Origin: a virus
Lineage: Duplodnaviria > Caudoviricetes
DNA length: 48,059 bases
IMG/VR virus record: IMGVR_UViG_3300026270_000009
Span: 1 to 48,059 of that record
Strand: one strand, 5' to 3'
Part shown: one piece after another, positions 19,094 to 27,176 of the stretch
Numbering within the stretch: position 1 is the first letter of the stretch
Layout: every line of letters begins with the position of its first letter
The notes under the pieces: model-generated
Database searches by the model: none
Told to the model about the DNA's origin: nothing
What the model saw: only the letters and a program-made list of their open reading frames with translations
Translations under genes and position numbers: made by a program

Positions 19094-19356
19094 CCTGCTT
19101 TCGTATCAGAGTCGATCTGGAATGAAGAAGGTTGCGAGCGAACGGAGATGTCACCCGAACTTGATTCAACGCCGTGACCGCTTACTGAATAAGACCATCC
19201 TGTGTTGTAATCTATCGAGCGAATTAGCTCATTGGTTTCTTGCGTGGTTTCCGTGTGAGTGGTCATCGTTCCCATGCTGAATGACGGGACGACCGGAATG
19301 GCGAGCGCCTTGCCAGCAGAGAAAAGCAAGGCACTTAGCAATAACAGGTATTTCAC
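18922..19356 (-). CDS. Secreted beta-rich protein
   Basis: GTG start 7 nt after GGAG; signal peptide KYLLLLSALLFSAGKALA|IPVVP. Confidence 0.75.
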   Translation of the reverse strand: MKYLLLLSALLFSAGKALAIPVVPSFSMGTMTTHTETTQETNELIRSIDYNTGWSYSVSGHGVESSSGDISVRSQPSSFQIDSDTKAGWNQLDMSSKPSWKVTTPGGSFQFVESYSGPGVSNITSIDRKVTTKSVTDTTSIFQR

Positions 19357-19368
19357 TGGTTGCTCCAA

Positions 19369-19671
19369 TCAATAGAGTTCTTCTTCTGCGTCTCCCTTAA
19401 GGACAAGATCTGATGTGGGATAAGAGACACATAAAAGTGCGTAGCCCGCATTCATCTGATCATCGTCCAGGAAGCTTTGGTCGTTTTGATCTACGTCACC
19501 TTCCAGGATTTTGGCTGTACAAGTAGAGCAGCAGCCAGACCTGCATGAATAGGCAAGAGGGATGCCAGCATCTTCTGCGGCATCCAGTATGTATTCGTCG
19601 TCTTTGCAGGTAAAAGACTCGACCCCGCCTTCAACGTGAATTTTGACATTGAATTCCAGGGCTTCGTTCAT
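19369..19671 (-). CDS. petF: Plant-type [2Fe-2S] ferredoxin
   Basis: [41 protein letters not shown]. Confidence 0.95.
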   Translation of the reverse strand: MNEALEFNVKIHVEGGVESFTCKDDEYILDAAEDAGIPLAYSCRSGCCSTCTAKILEGDVDQNDQSFLDDDQMNAGYALLCVSYPTSDLVLKGDAEEELY

Positions 19672-19676
19672 AGTCT

Positions 19677-20189
19677 TTAGTTCTGAATCATGAGGTCGGT
19701 AACATATTGACCTGTGACCTGAGTGCCGGCCCCGCCTGCCGTGATGGCGATAGCACCGTCGTTTCCAATAGTGCCGGCCAGATTCCCAGCGATACCAGCT
19801 GCACTGGTAGTCGTATTGCCAAAGGCAGGGAGAGAAGGGATTGCGCCTGAGGTGATACTGGTTCCGGTGCTAGGCGCGTCGCCTTGGATATAGCTTTCAG
19901 TAAAGGCAAAGTTTTCACCAGCAACTTTGACTGAACCTGTCGTACCAGTGAAGCCTGGCGCAGTGCCTGAGCTATAGGCAGCGAGGCCGCCAATGTTGCC
20001 AGACGTTGTGCCATCAGTAGTATCCACATTGCTCCCACTCACTGAGTAGACACTAGGAACTCGTGTGGAGTTTGAGGCTGCAGCCGACACATTCAATTGC
20101 ACTGATGTCTGGATGCGGTGAATCAGATCCGCTTGGGCAGGCAGCGCAAATAGCGAAACAGCTGAGGCAGCGGCGATAAGTCTTTTCAT
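19677..20189 (-). CDS. Secreted Ser/Thr/Gly-rich beta protein
   Basis: Signal peptide [20 protein letters not shown]|DL. Confidence 0.75.
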   Translation of the reverse strand: MKRLIAAASAVSLFALPAQADLIHRIQTSVQLNVSAAASNSTRVPSVYSVSGSNVDTTDGTTSGNIGGLAAYSSGTAPGFTGTTGSVKVAGENFAFTESYIQGDAPSTGTSITSGAIPSLPAFGNTTTSAAGIAGNLAGTIGNDGAIAITAGGAGTQVTGQYVTDLMIQN

Positions 20190-20476
20190 GAGCTTTTAGA
20201 AGTGGGATCGTCTTTCTTCTCGTTATCTTCTTTTTTCTTAGCGGGCATCACGCCAAAAGTGCTCAGGGTTCCTGTAAACACGCTGGCTATGAAAGTTGGA
20301 TCAATATTCTTTTGCGGGACGCCTGGAATGGTGACGTAATTAAGCGTCAAAATTGCACCAGCCCAGCCAAGGATGACGACTCGTACAAGGGTTGATACAC
20401 CCTCGTCCGCCCATTGAAATTTATCCTCTTTAGGCTTTTCGTCCTGGTCTTTAACAATGGCTTGATCGTTAGACAT
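20186..20476 (-). CDS. Two-TM membrane protein (holin-like candidate)
   Basis: Charged termini flanking LVRVVILGWAGAILTLNYV and DPTFIASVFTGTLSTFGV. Confidence 0.7.
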   Translation of the reverse strand: MSNDQAIVKDQDEKPKEDKFQWADEGVSTLVRVVILGWAGAILTLNYVTIPGVPQKNIDPTFIASVFTGTLSTFGVMPAKKKEDNEKKDDPTSKSS

Positions 20477-20559
20477 TCTCAACCGGCGAAGAAGCATCGA
20501 ACCACGCCGTAAAGCAGCCCGAAGAAATTCTCTCCAAGCCGCAAGATGTTCACGCACGT

Positions 20560-20706
20560 TTACTTAGTCTTCTTTGGGAAGGCAGACCTGAGGCCAGAGA
20601 GAACCAGCTGAACAACACTATTGCTGTGCAGGCTCTTATTCATGCCAATCAGTTCACTTGCTGCCGCAACGATGACGGCAATAATTGCAAGGTGCTCGCT
20701 AGACAT
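20560..20706 (-). CDS. Small holin-like membrane protein (48 aa, not in ORF track)
   Basis: MSSEHLAIIAVIVAAASELIGMNKSLHSNSVVQLVLSGLRSAFPKKTK. Confidence 0.65.
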   Translation of the reverse strand: MSSEHLAIIAVIVAAASELIGMNKSLHSNSVVQLVLSGLRSAFPKKTK

Positions 20707-20741
20707 AGGGATAAGTTCGATTCTTAAAGTCTAGGAATTTT

Positions 20742-20978
20742 TCAATCTGTCAATCCTGGACTTTGCGCCTTCGGTTCGCTGTCGCAGAACTCGTCGTAGA
20801 AAGCCTCGGAAAATTCGGCAATGCCCATGGGAGTTCGATGCAGGGGGGTCATATAAGTGTTCAACCACCAGTTCCTGTAGAACCCTTCGATCTCCTGACG
20901 CGTCGGCTTGGGCAAAGTGCTTTTCCTGTTGTGACCATTATGGCGAGCGTCAGACAATTCGCAACCCACTTCTTGCAC
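20742..20978 (-). CDS. Hypothetical protein (start possibly TTG at 20915)
   Basis: Protein-like core FYRNWWLNTY...FSEAFYD. Confidence 0.45.
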   Translation of the reverse strand: MQEVGCELSDARHNGHNRKSTLPKPTRQEIEGFYRNWWLNTYMTPLHRTPMGIAEFSEAFYDEFCDSEPKAQSPGLTD

Positions 20979-21016
20979 GGCGCGTGCCTAGGCTTGCAAA
21001 ACGAAGCACGAAGCAA

Positions 21017-21247
21017 ATGGTCACCTCACCCCAATGCCAGTTACAGCAGAACAGGTCGGACTACATGGCGTATCTCTACCAGTTAACCGACAGGGCAAAT
21101 GCGGAGCCAGGCCTGGTAGGAACTTTCACTGGCTTGTACCTGGAGCATTGCGAGCGGATCGGGAAAGAAACAGTTGAACGGCAAGTTAGAAACTGGCACC
21201 AACAAGGAGAGGTCATCACCGCTGAGTGGGGGTTTGTCAATAAGTGA
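21017..21247 (+). CDS. Hypothetical protein
   Basis: RSDYMAYLY...GTFTGLY; coupled to next gene. Confidence 0.55.
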   Translation: MVTSPQCQLQQNRSDYMAYLYQLTDRANAEPGLVGTFTGLYLEHCERIGKETVERQVRNWHQQGEVITAEWGFVNK

Positions 21248-21465
21248 GAATTGAGCGTCAACGAAGAATGATCTCCAATCCTCAGCAGCAGGTGGCATCT
21301 GTTGTGGCTACAAGAGATTTCCTGCTCCGGCTGATTAATACCAAGGAAACACCTCGAATACCTCGCGAGGTTCGTCGCGAGGCTCGTGCACTGCTTAGAC
21401 ACTTCCCAATAGCAGATGAACTGCGACCAGTTCTGCAGAAAGGATTGGCTAAAGAAAGTTCGTAG
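21244..21465 (+). CDS. BPSL0761-family-like small protein
   Basis: TRDFLLRL....TPRIPREVRREARALLRHFP. Confidence 0.65.
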   Translation: MRIERQRRMISNPQQQVASVVATRDFLLRLINTKETPRIPREVRREARALLRHFPIADELRPVLQKGLAKESS

Positions 21466-21493
21466 AATTAAGCTAATAACTAGCCCAAGTAAG

Positions 21494-21769
21494 TTGTTCG
21501 ATAGGAAAGCCGGCGCTGGGCTAAATCTTGAGCCCGACGTTGTTATTTATATGGGGCAAGCCGCTCAGGGCATGCCGCAAGATCCATCGATGGATCAGGC
21601 AATCGCAGATGGTTTCGCCTCGGCACTTGCTGGCGACATGGCTCACGGAGGATCAACTCCGTACAAGCCGATGGATGCAGAATCACTACGCAGGCTCAAT
21701 GCACCTGGAACTCCAATGCCTGAGTCGATCAAAGAAATGATCCTTAGAAACTTGCCGAAAAAGGCTTAA
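21494..21769 (+). CDS. Hypothetical protein with N-terminal RKAG
   Basis: TTG start 26 nt after TAGAAT; MFDRKAGAG. Confidence 0.55.
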   Translation: MFDRKAGAGLNLEPDVVIYMGQAAQGMPQDPSMDQAIADGFASALAGDMAHGGSTPYKPMDAESLRRLNAPGTPMPESIKEMILRNLPKKA

Positions 21770-21771
21770 CC

Positions 21772-21906
21772 ATGGCAGTACGCAAAGCTGGCGAAAAATC
21801 GAAAGAGCTTAAAGATGCTTGCTGGAAAGGCTATGAAGCTATCGGCATGAAAATGAAAAACGGCAAAAAAGTGCCGAACTGTGTGCCAATCAAGGACAAG
21901 AAATGA
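21772..21906 (+). CDS. Small basic protein with CWKGY...VPNCVP motif (44 aa, not in ORF track)
   Basis: MAVRKAGEKSKELKDACWKGYEAIGMKMKNGKKVPNCVPIKDKK; ATGA overlap with next gene. Confidence 0.75.
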   Translation: MAVRKAGEKSKELKDACWKGYEAIGMKMKNGKKVPNCVPIKDKK

Positions 21907-22430
21907 AGAGGGCCGCCGGAGACGCACTAATTGCAACACTGTTTGGCGGAGTACCCGCAGCAGTCGCAGTTAACGCTTTCGCTCATGACGACATGGATTA
22001 CATGGCGGAGGATCTGAAGAACCTCAATCGTGGATTTGATGCGATGAGTTCTGATGCTCAGAATGCTTACATCGAAATCACAGCCAAGAACAAACTGTCG
22101 GGTTTAGACAGAGCCCTTGTAGGAGCAGCGCTCCGAGGCGAGATCGGTCCACCGAAGGGCATTGGAACCGAAGGCGATAGGGCTGTTGCACAAGCAGCGG
22201 CGCTTAGGCAGCAAGCTCCTGAAATTGCGGCTGAAGTCGAGCAGTTGAACAATATCGAGCTAGAGCTTGTTGCCACCGAAATCAAAAAGGGCACAACACC
22301 GCAAGCTGTGATTAGTGCTGAGGAACAGGGCGCCGGAGTCAGCGTAGTCCCGGCCCTGGTCGGAGGAGGTCTAGGGACCATCGCACTAGGCGCTTTGGAA
22401 AGGCTGCATGAATTAAGGACGCCGAGATGA
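21903..22430 (+). CDS. Hypothetical protein with terminal hydrophobic segments
   Basis: Coupled on both sides; Ala/Gly-rich. Confidence 0.65.
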   Translation: MKRAAGDALIATLFGGVPAAVAVNAFAHDDMDYMAEDLKNLNRGFDAMSSDAQNAYIEITAKNKLSGLDRALVGAALRGEIGPPKGIGTEGDRAVAQAAALRQQAPEIAAEVEQLNNIELELVATEIKKGTTPQAVISAEEQGAGVSVVPALVGGGLGTIALGALERLHELRTPR

Positions 22431-22822
22431 GCGAAAAGCGAATGGCCGGCAAAGCCCTTGCCTGCCCGACTGCTACTAAAGACGTTCACGAGAACACCAA
22501 GAACCGCGACTGGACCATCAGGGAGTTCGGTTACGGGCCGATCAATCCTGATGCTCCCGACGAAAAGTTCTGGGGCGAGAAGGCTGAGCTGTGGGACACC
22601 GATATCGAGACAGCCAAGACTGCTCGCTGCGGGAACTGCGCTGTGTTCGATCAGACCCCAAGGATCATGCTGTGCATTCAGAACGGGATCAACGTCCAGG
22701 GTTCAACAGATCCAGCAATGATTACCAGCGCTGCAAATATCGGCTACTGCCAGCTGTTCCATTTCAAGTGCGCAGGCGCTCGTACCTGTGATGCCTGGGT
22801 TCACGGGGGTCCGATTAAATGA
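22427..22822 (+). CDS. Cys-rich phage protein (CGNC...GYC...C..RTCDAW)
   Basis: Probable metal-binding motif; coupled. Confidence 0.7.
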   Translation: MSEKRMAGKALACPTATKDVHENTKNRDWTIREFGYGPINPDAPDEKFWGEKAELWDTDIETAKTARCGNCAVFDQTPRIMLCIQNGINVQGSTDPAMITSAANIGYCQLFHFKCAGARTCDAWVHGGPIK

Positions 22823-23106
22823 GCAAAAAAATACGCTATGCAGGCGAGGTCTTCGATGGGCTAAATAAGCCGAAGAAAACCCCTGGCAAGAACAAGAAGT
22901 TCGCTGTCTTGGTCAAAGACAAGAACGGCAAAAACAAGATCGTGCGCTTTGGTGACCCGAACATGGAGCATCATTCAGAGGGTGGCAAGAAAGGCTCCGG
23001 CCACGGAGATGCTAAGCGGAGAGAGTCGTTTAAGGCCAGACATAATTGCAGTGAGAAGAAGGACAAGACCACGCCTGGCTACTGGAGCTGCAACTATTCC
23101 TGGTGA
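22819..23106 (+). CDS. Lys-rich phage protein (VRFGDPNM...RRESFKARHNC...YWSC)
   Basis: Motif familiar from small marine phage proteins. Confidence 0.7.
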   Translation: MSKKIRYAGEVFDGLNKPKKTPGKNKKFAVLVKDKNGKNKIVRFGDPNMEHHSEGGKKGSGHGDAKRRESFKARHNCSEKKDKTTPGYWSCNYSW

Positions 23107-23109
23107 TTC

Positions 23110-23244
23110 ATGAATCCAGCCAAACAGCACAAGAAGCTGATCAACTTGGCGTTACGCGCTGAAAAGTGCATGACTAGGAAAGAGGCGCGTGAACTAATCA
23201 GGAAAGCAGATAAGGCCTATAAGAAGTTGGATAAACTTAAATAA
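23110..23244 (+). CDS. Small basic helical protein (44 aa, not in ORF track)
   Basis: MNPAKQHKKLINLALRAEKCMTRKEARELIRKADKAYKKLDKLK. Confidence 0.55.
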   Translation: MNPAKQHKKLINLALRAEKCMTRKEARELIRKADKAYKKLDKLK

Positions 23245-23274
23245 CGAATAGCACCTCAAGAGACTGCATCAATA

Positions 23275-24555
23275 ATGATCGACTACAGCGTATTTGACAA
23301 AGCTAATGCAGCATATGAGCGTGATGTAAATGCTCAGTTAGCCAAGAAGGATAGAGAGAACCCCGGCTGGGATAAAGAATTTATGTCAAGGTTCACCTTC
23401 AAGCAGGGGGTGATGGCAAAACATCGGGAAGCAATGGATGCAGGCAGGCGAAGGATGTATGAAACATCGCCTGGTGGCACCTATGACAGCTTTATCGAGT
23501 ACAACAACCCGCTGCGGTCTCCTGGTGATACGACGAACCCGGTCAAGTACATGCAGCTTGCACATGCAGGCAATAGCGAAGAAGATATTCGCGCAATGGG
23601 TTATACGGGCGAAACCCCGGAACATCTCAAAGGCAATAAAGGCAAACCAGGTAGCTGGAGGAGGTCCAAGTACAGGCCAGAATCAGCTCAAGGCAGTGAT
23701 TACTTCAACACGCTCGCCAAAGATATTGATATGCCGATGGAGAACCGTATCGGCAGGAATATAAAAAAGGCGCAGAAGGAGGATCCCTCCTTGTTCAAGC
23801 CCTCGGGGACGATGTATAACTTGCCAACCCCTGGCACTCCGAGCTATGGACGTCCTGGTACTTATGACCCACAGACGTCGATCTTTACGCCAACGGATGG
23901 ATACGGGACAGGCGGGTTCCTAAGCGAAGGCCAAAAGCAGGCCAGGGATCCACATCCCGACGTTGTAAAAAATCAAACTATCGCGTATAGAAATAAAAAC
24001 ATTGGCGGACCTAATCAGGCCTACGAGAAGGCCCTTGAAAAGCATTTTGGTGCGATCAAATCTGGGCGAATGCGTTCAAATGCTGATTACATGAATTTGC
24101 CAACACAATGGTATGGCCAGGAAGGATCAGAAAACTGGTATCCGAATCCGCCTGGATGGAACGATGGCATCACCCCGGATATCAAAATCCTCGGAGATGG
24201 GACAGGAAGCAGAACTCAGGCTCCTGGAGCATCGGCTGATTCCATCAAATCCGCATACCTTGGCGCAAGAGAAAGGGCAACTCAATATCAAGCTGAAAAT
24301 CCCACAGCCAATACACCTGTAGCGCCCGTAGCCGGAGAGGTCGGGGCAGGCAATGCAATGGGCAGAGCAGCTGCTGTTGATCCGATAGGAGCAGCACCAG
24401 CTCCAGGAGACGCTGACTCCGGCCCTGTGGTTAAAGCCATGAATCAAGGAAGCGGATCACCTAGGAGCAGCGCCAGATCTTCTCAGCCCAGAAGGAGCCA
24501 GGGCTACCTAACGGGTGGATCTTCGCGCAAGTACTACGCCGAGCGGTTCTCTTGA
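23275..24555 (+). CDS. Low-complexity protein with C-terminal YYAERF tag
   Basis: PAPGDADSGPVV...GYLTGG..RKYYAERFS matches C-terminus of 6477-7757. Confidence 0.75.
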   Translation: MIDYSVFDKANAAYERDVNAQLAKKDRENPGWDKEFMSRFTFKQGVMAKHREAMDAGRRRMYETSPGGTYDSFIEYNNPLRSPGDTTNPVKYMQLAHAGNSEEDIRAMGYTGETPEHLKGNKGKPGSWRRSKYRPESAQGSDYFNTLAKDIDMPMENRIGRNIKKAQKEDPSLFKPSGTMYNLPTPGTPSYGRPGTYDPQTSIFTPTDGYGTGGFLSEGQKQARDPHPDVVKNQTIAYRNKNIGGPNQAYEKALEKHFGAIKSGRMRSNADYMNLPTQWYGQEGSENWYPNPPGWNDGITPDIKILGDGTGSRTQAPGASADSIKSAYLGARERATQYQAENPTANTPVAPVAGEVGAGNAMGRAAAVDPIGAAPAPGDADSGPVVKAMNQGSGSPRSSARSSQPRRSQGYLTGGSSRKYYAERFS

Positions 24556-24750
24556 CCTGGGCAACTGTTGTAATTGCGTGGTGCGCCTTCGCCGTCCTGG
24601 CTTGGCACGCATTCGAATGACCATGTGGCTCTTAGCAGTGATCGCTGCGTGCTTAGCGGCAGCGCTTTTAGTGGAAGTGTTTGATGGGCCGCCTTACTCG
24701 TGAGGAAAAGTCGGCACAGTCCCCTGCGAACTACTTGACCGCAGTAGGGG

Positions 24751-25004
24751 TTTTAAGTACAAAGCTAAGTACACTGGCCTCTTTGCTGAACTCAGACACC
24801 AGCAGTACCAACCATTTATAACGAATTGCTACCACCTTGGGGTAGTAGGGGTCGTGGGTTCAAATCCCGCCGCTCCGATGTCAGTCAGAGGCTAAAAGCC
24901 CAGTATTTGCAGGGGATCCGAGAGGGTCCCTTTTTTGTTGGTTCTCCTGTGTTCCGGCACATTCCGGCTCCAAAACATGGGTTTTAAGACGGTTTTTAAG
25001 TACA
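24751..25004. repeat. Putative integrase arm-type sites flanking attP core
   Basis: TAAGTACA at 24754, 24766, 24997 and TAAGAC at 24985; pairs spaced 12 bp on each side of the core. Confidence 0.6.
24837..24878 (+). other. attP core: 3' half of tRNA-Pro(GGG)
   Basis: TTGGGGT loop, AGTAG, GGGTC, T-arm GTGGG-TTCAAAT-CCCGC, acceptor strand CGCTCCGA; no 5' half; about 170 bp upstream of integrase. Confidence 0.85.
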
Positions 25005-25049
25005 CAGCTGCAGTGAGTTTGGGGCATACTCGGATCAGCCGAAAACCTA

Positions 25050-26159
25050 GTGATGGACAGAAACTGGGTCAGCTTCCTCAATAAGAAGCTGGATCGTTGC
25101 AAGATCAAAAGCCTGCCTGATCGACAGGCTGTGTACTTAGTCGCCACACTGCCCTGCAAAACCGAACCCGACAAGCGCAAGCAGCAGCAGATTCCGACAG
25201 GTCTGAAGGCCAGCGATTTAAGTACACCTGATAAAGCCAAGGAGCTGGCGTTCCGCCTGGACGAAGAGCTGTCGATTGGGACCTTCAGCTGGAGCAACTG
25301 GAGCAAAGACAAGATCGCCACCAAGAAAGGCAGTGCTCCACGGGACTCGATCCTGTTCTCAGAGCTGTGCGAGGCGGTCGAAGCACGCTTCGATGCCCAT
25401 TACCCAGGCGAGCCCAAGGCAGGTGCGGGCATCTACACCGCTAAGTACAAACCGACGATCAGCCTGTTCAGCAAGCTCTACGGCTCTGCTGATTTGGGAG
25501 CCATCTGCCAGGTGATTCAGGAGATCGAGTCACCGAGCAGTCGACAGAACATCGGTTCAATCGTCTCGGTCACCCTCGATCACATGGGACTGAAGTGGGA
25601 TAAGCAGCCTCTGTTCGACGCCAAGAAGGGATACAACAAAGATCAGCTCAACGAGAAGGACATTCCCGGCGATGACGAACTGCTGGCTATCTGGCACAGC
25701 ATCAAAGATCCACGCTGGAAATGGGTGCATGGCATGAGCATGGCCTTTGGCACCAGGCCCAGTGAACTTCTGAGCGTCGAGTTCGAGGAAGAGGTGATCA
25801 ACGTGATGACCTACAAAACCAAGAGCAAGCCTTACTTGCGAGAAGCCTGGGCGCTACCGGACGAGTGGATCGAAGAACTCGATCTGCGGGAGATACACAA
25901 GCCCACCTGTAGTCGCTTGAACATCGCCAGGCAGTACTCCGATTACATGGATCGCAACAAGCTCAAACACTGGCCGCTCTACAACTTGCGCCACGCCTAT
26001 GCGATCCGATCCTTAGTGCAAGGCATTGAGGTCAGCACTGCTGCAAGGCTGATGGGTCACTCAGAGTCGACGCATAAAAAGCACTACCAACTGTGGATCG
26101 ATAAGAAGCACATGCGGGCTATGCGCGAGCGTCAGCGGGACAAGTTCAAACGCGCCTGA
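25050..26159 (+). CDS. int: Tyrosine recombinase/phage integrase
   Basis: GTRPSE (R), YKTK (K), LRHAYAIR (HxxR-type), LMGHS (H), HKKHY (Y). Confidence 0.93.
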   Translation: MMDRNWVSFLNKKLDRCKIKSLPDRQAVYLVATLPCKTEPDKRKQQQIPTGLKASDLSTPDKAKELAFRLDEELSIGTFSWSNWSKDKIATKKGSAPRDSILFSELCEAVEARFDAHYPGEPKAGAGIYTAKYKPTISLFSKLYGSADLGAICQVIQEIESPSSRQNIGSIVSVTLDHMGLKWDKQPLFDAKKGYNKDQLNEKDIPGDDELLAIWHSIKDPRWKWVHGMSMAFGTRPSELLSVEFEEEVINVMTYKTKSKPYLREAWALPDEWIEELDLREIHKPTCSRLNIARQYSDYMDRNKLKHWPLYNLRHAYAIRSLVQGIEVSTAARLMGHSESTHKKHYQLWIDKKHMRAMRERQRDKFKRA

Positions 26160-26412
26160 GGTACTGATCCATCACACGTTCACGGTGAAATCTGTAGCGA
26201 GGCCTCCTGGCGGTGCCGACATTGCGAAGCGCTTCGCCTTGAACCGTTCCCTCTGCAATCAGATTGCGGAGATGTCTGTCAGAAATACCTAATAACGAGC
26301 AGGTCGTCCTGGTGTCGAGCCACTGGCTTGACTCGTCGACGCTGAGTTTTGCCAGCACAGCATCCAGCTTGCTTTCGAGGCTTGCTATCCGTAGCTGCAG
26401 GGTCTGATCCAT
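26146..26412 (-). CDS. Excisionase-like winged-helix protein
   Basis: QWLDTRTTCSLLGISDRHLRNLI...YRFHRE; convergent with integrase. Confidence 0.7.
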   Translation of the reverse strand: MDQTLQLRIASLESKLDAVLAKLSVDESSQWLDTRTTCSLLGISDRHLRNLIAEGTVQGEALRNVGTARRPRYRFHRERVMDQYLRRV

Positions 26413-26523
26413 GGAGCTTGTATGCCTGGTCACGCAAAGTAGCGACCATTCCGGTTTTGTCTTGCAAGACAGATCACGCAAAAGCGACTAGCGTGGTGGG
26501 GTTTCAAACACACCTAGGCAATC

Positions 26524-26892
26524 ATGCTTAAAGCTCTTGCTCTTGCCGGCGCCCTCGCCACTGCAACCGCATCTGCTGGTCCCGCTCTCGCTGACGGCTT
26601 CTATGTCGGCATCGAGCGTAACGATGGTTTCGTCGGCTCAGACCACAGTGGCTCTATTAACGAGGCATTCGTGGGCTACAACGGCTCCATCGGAGAGGCT
26701 TCCTACTACATCCAAGGGGGGCCTGCATACCTGACTGCGCCTGGCGTAGACGGGGAAGGCGAACTCAGCGGGAAGATCGGTGGAAGCGTGCCGATCTCCA
26801 ATAAGCTCGGAGCCTACGCGGAAGCGTCGTTCGTCACGGGAGACGTCGAGAACGGCTACGGCACGAAATTTGGAATGATTTATTCGTTCTGA
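26524..26892 (+). CDS. Small outer-membrane beta-barrel protein
   Basis: Signal peptide ...PALA|D, amphipathic strands (YYIQGGP, GAYAEASF), C-terminal GMIYSF. Confidence 0.8.
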   Translation: MLKALALAGALATATASAGPALADGFYVGIERNDGFVGSDHSGSINEAFVGYNGSIGEASYYIQGGPAYLTAPGVDGEGELSGKIGGSVPISNKLGAYAEASFVTGDVENGYGTKFGMIYSF

Positions 26893-26906
26893 TTTTGTAG
26901 ACAACG

Positions 26907-26937
26907 AAACCCCCTGGCTGGCAACAGGGGGTTTTTT
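26907..26937 (+). terminator. Rho-independent terminator
   Basis: AAACCCCCTG/CAGGGGGTTT stem plus T-run. Confidence 0.85.
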
Positions 26938-27176
26938 AATGCGTATGACACAGCAGACGCAATGCATGCTATGGTTCTCATGTCGGCCTTTTAAGCGAAG
27001 TGAGTCGACACGGGAATGCGCCTCTCTTGAACACGGACGGCCTTCCTTCGTTAGCCGGGAACCCACCTCCCCGGCTTCGAATTTCTGAACAAGTTCTCAG
27101 GCTAATAAAGATCGAGTTGCCGCAATTGTTGCTCACTAATTCTGAGAATTAGGGTTGCTTCAGAGCGAATAAGCCT

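Noticed and set aside
21244-21465. Toxin-antitoxin pair
   Set aside because: No recognisable toxin adjacent
24800-24880. Complete tRNA gene
   Set aside because: No 5' acceptor strand or D-arm upstream of the anticodon loop; interpreted as attP core
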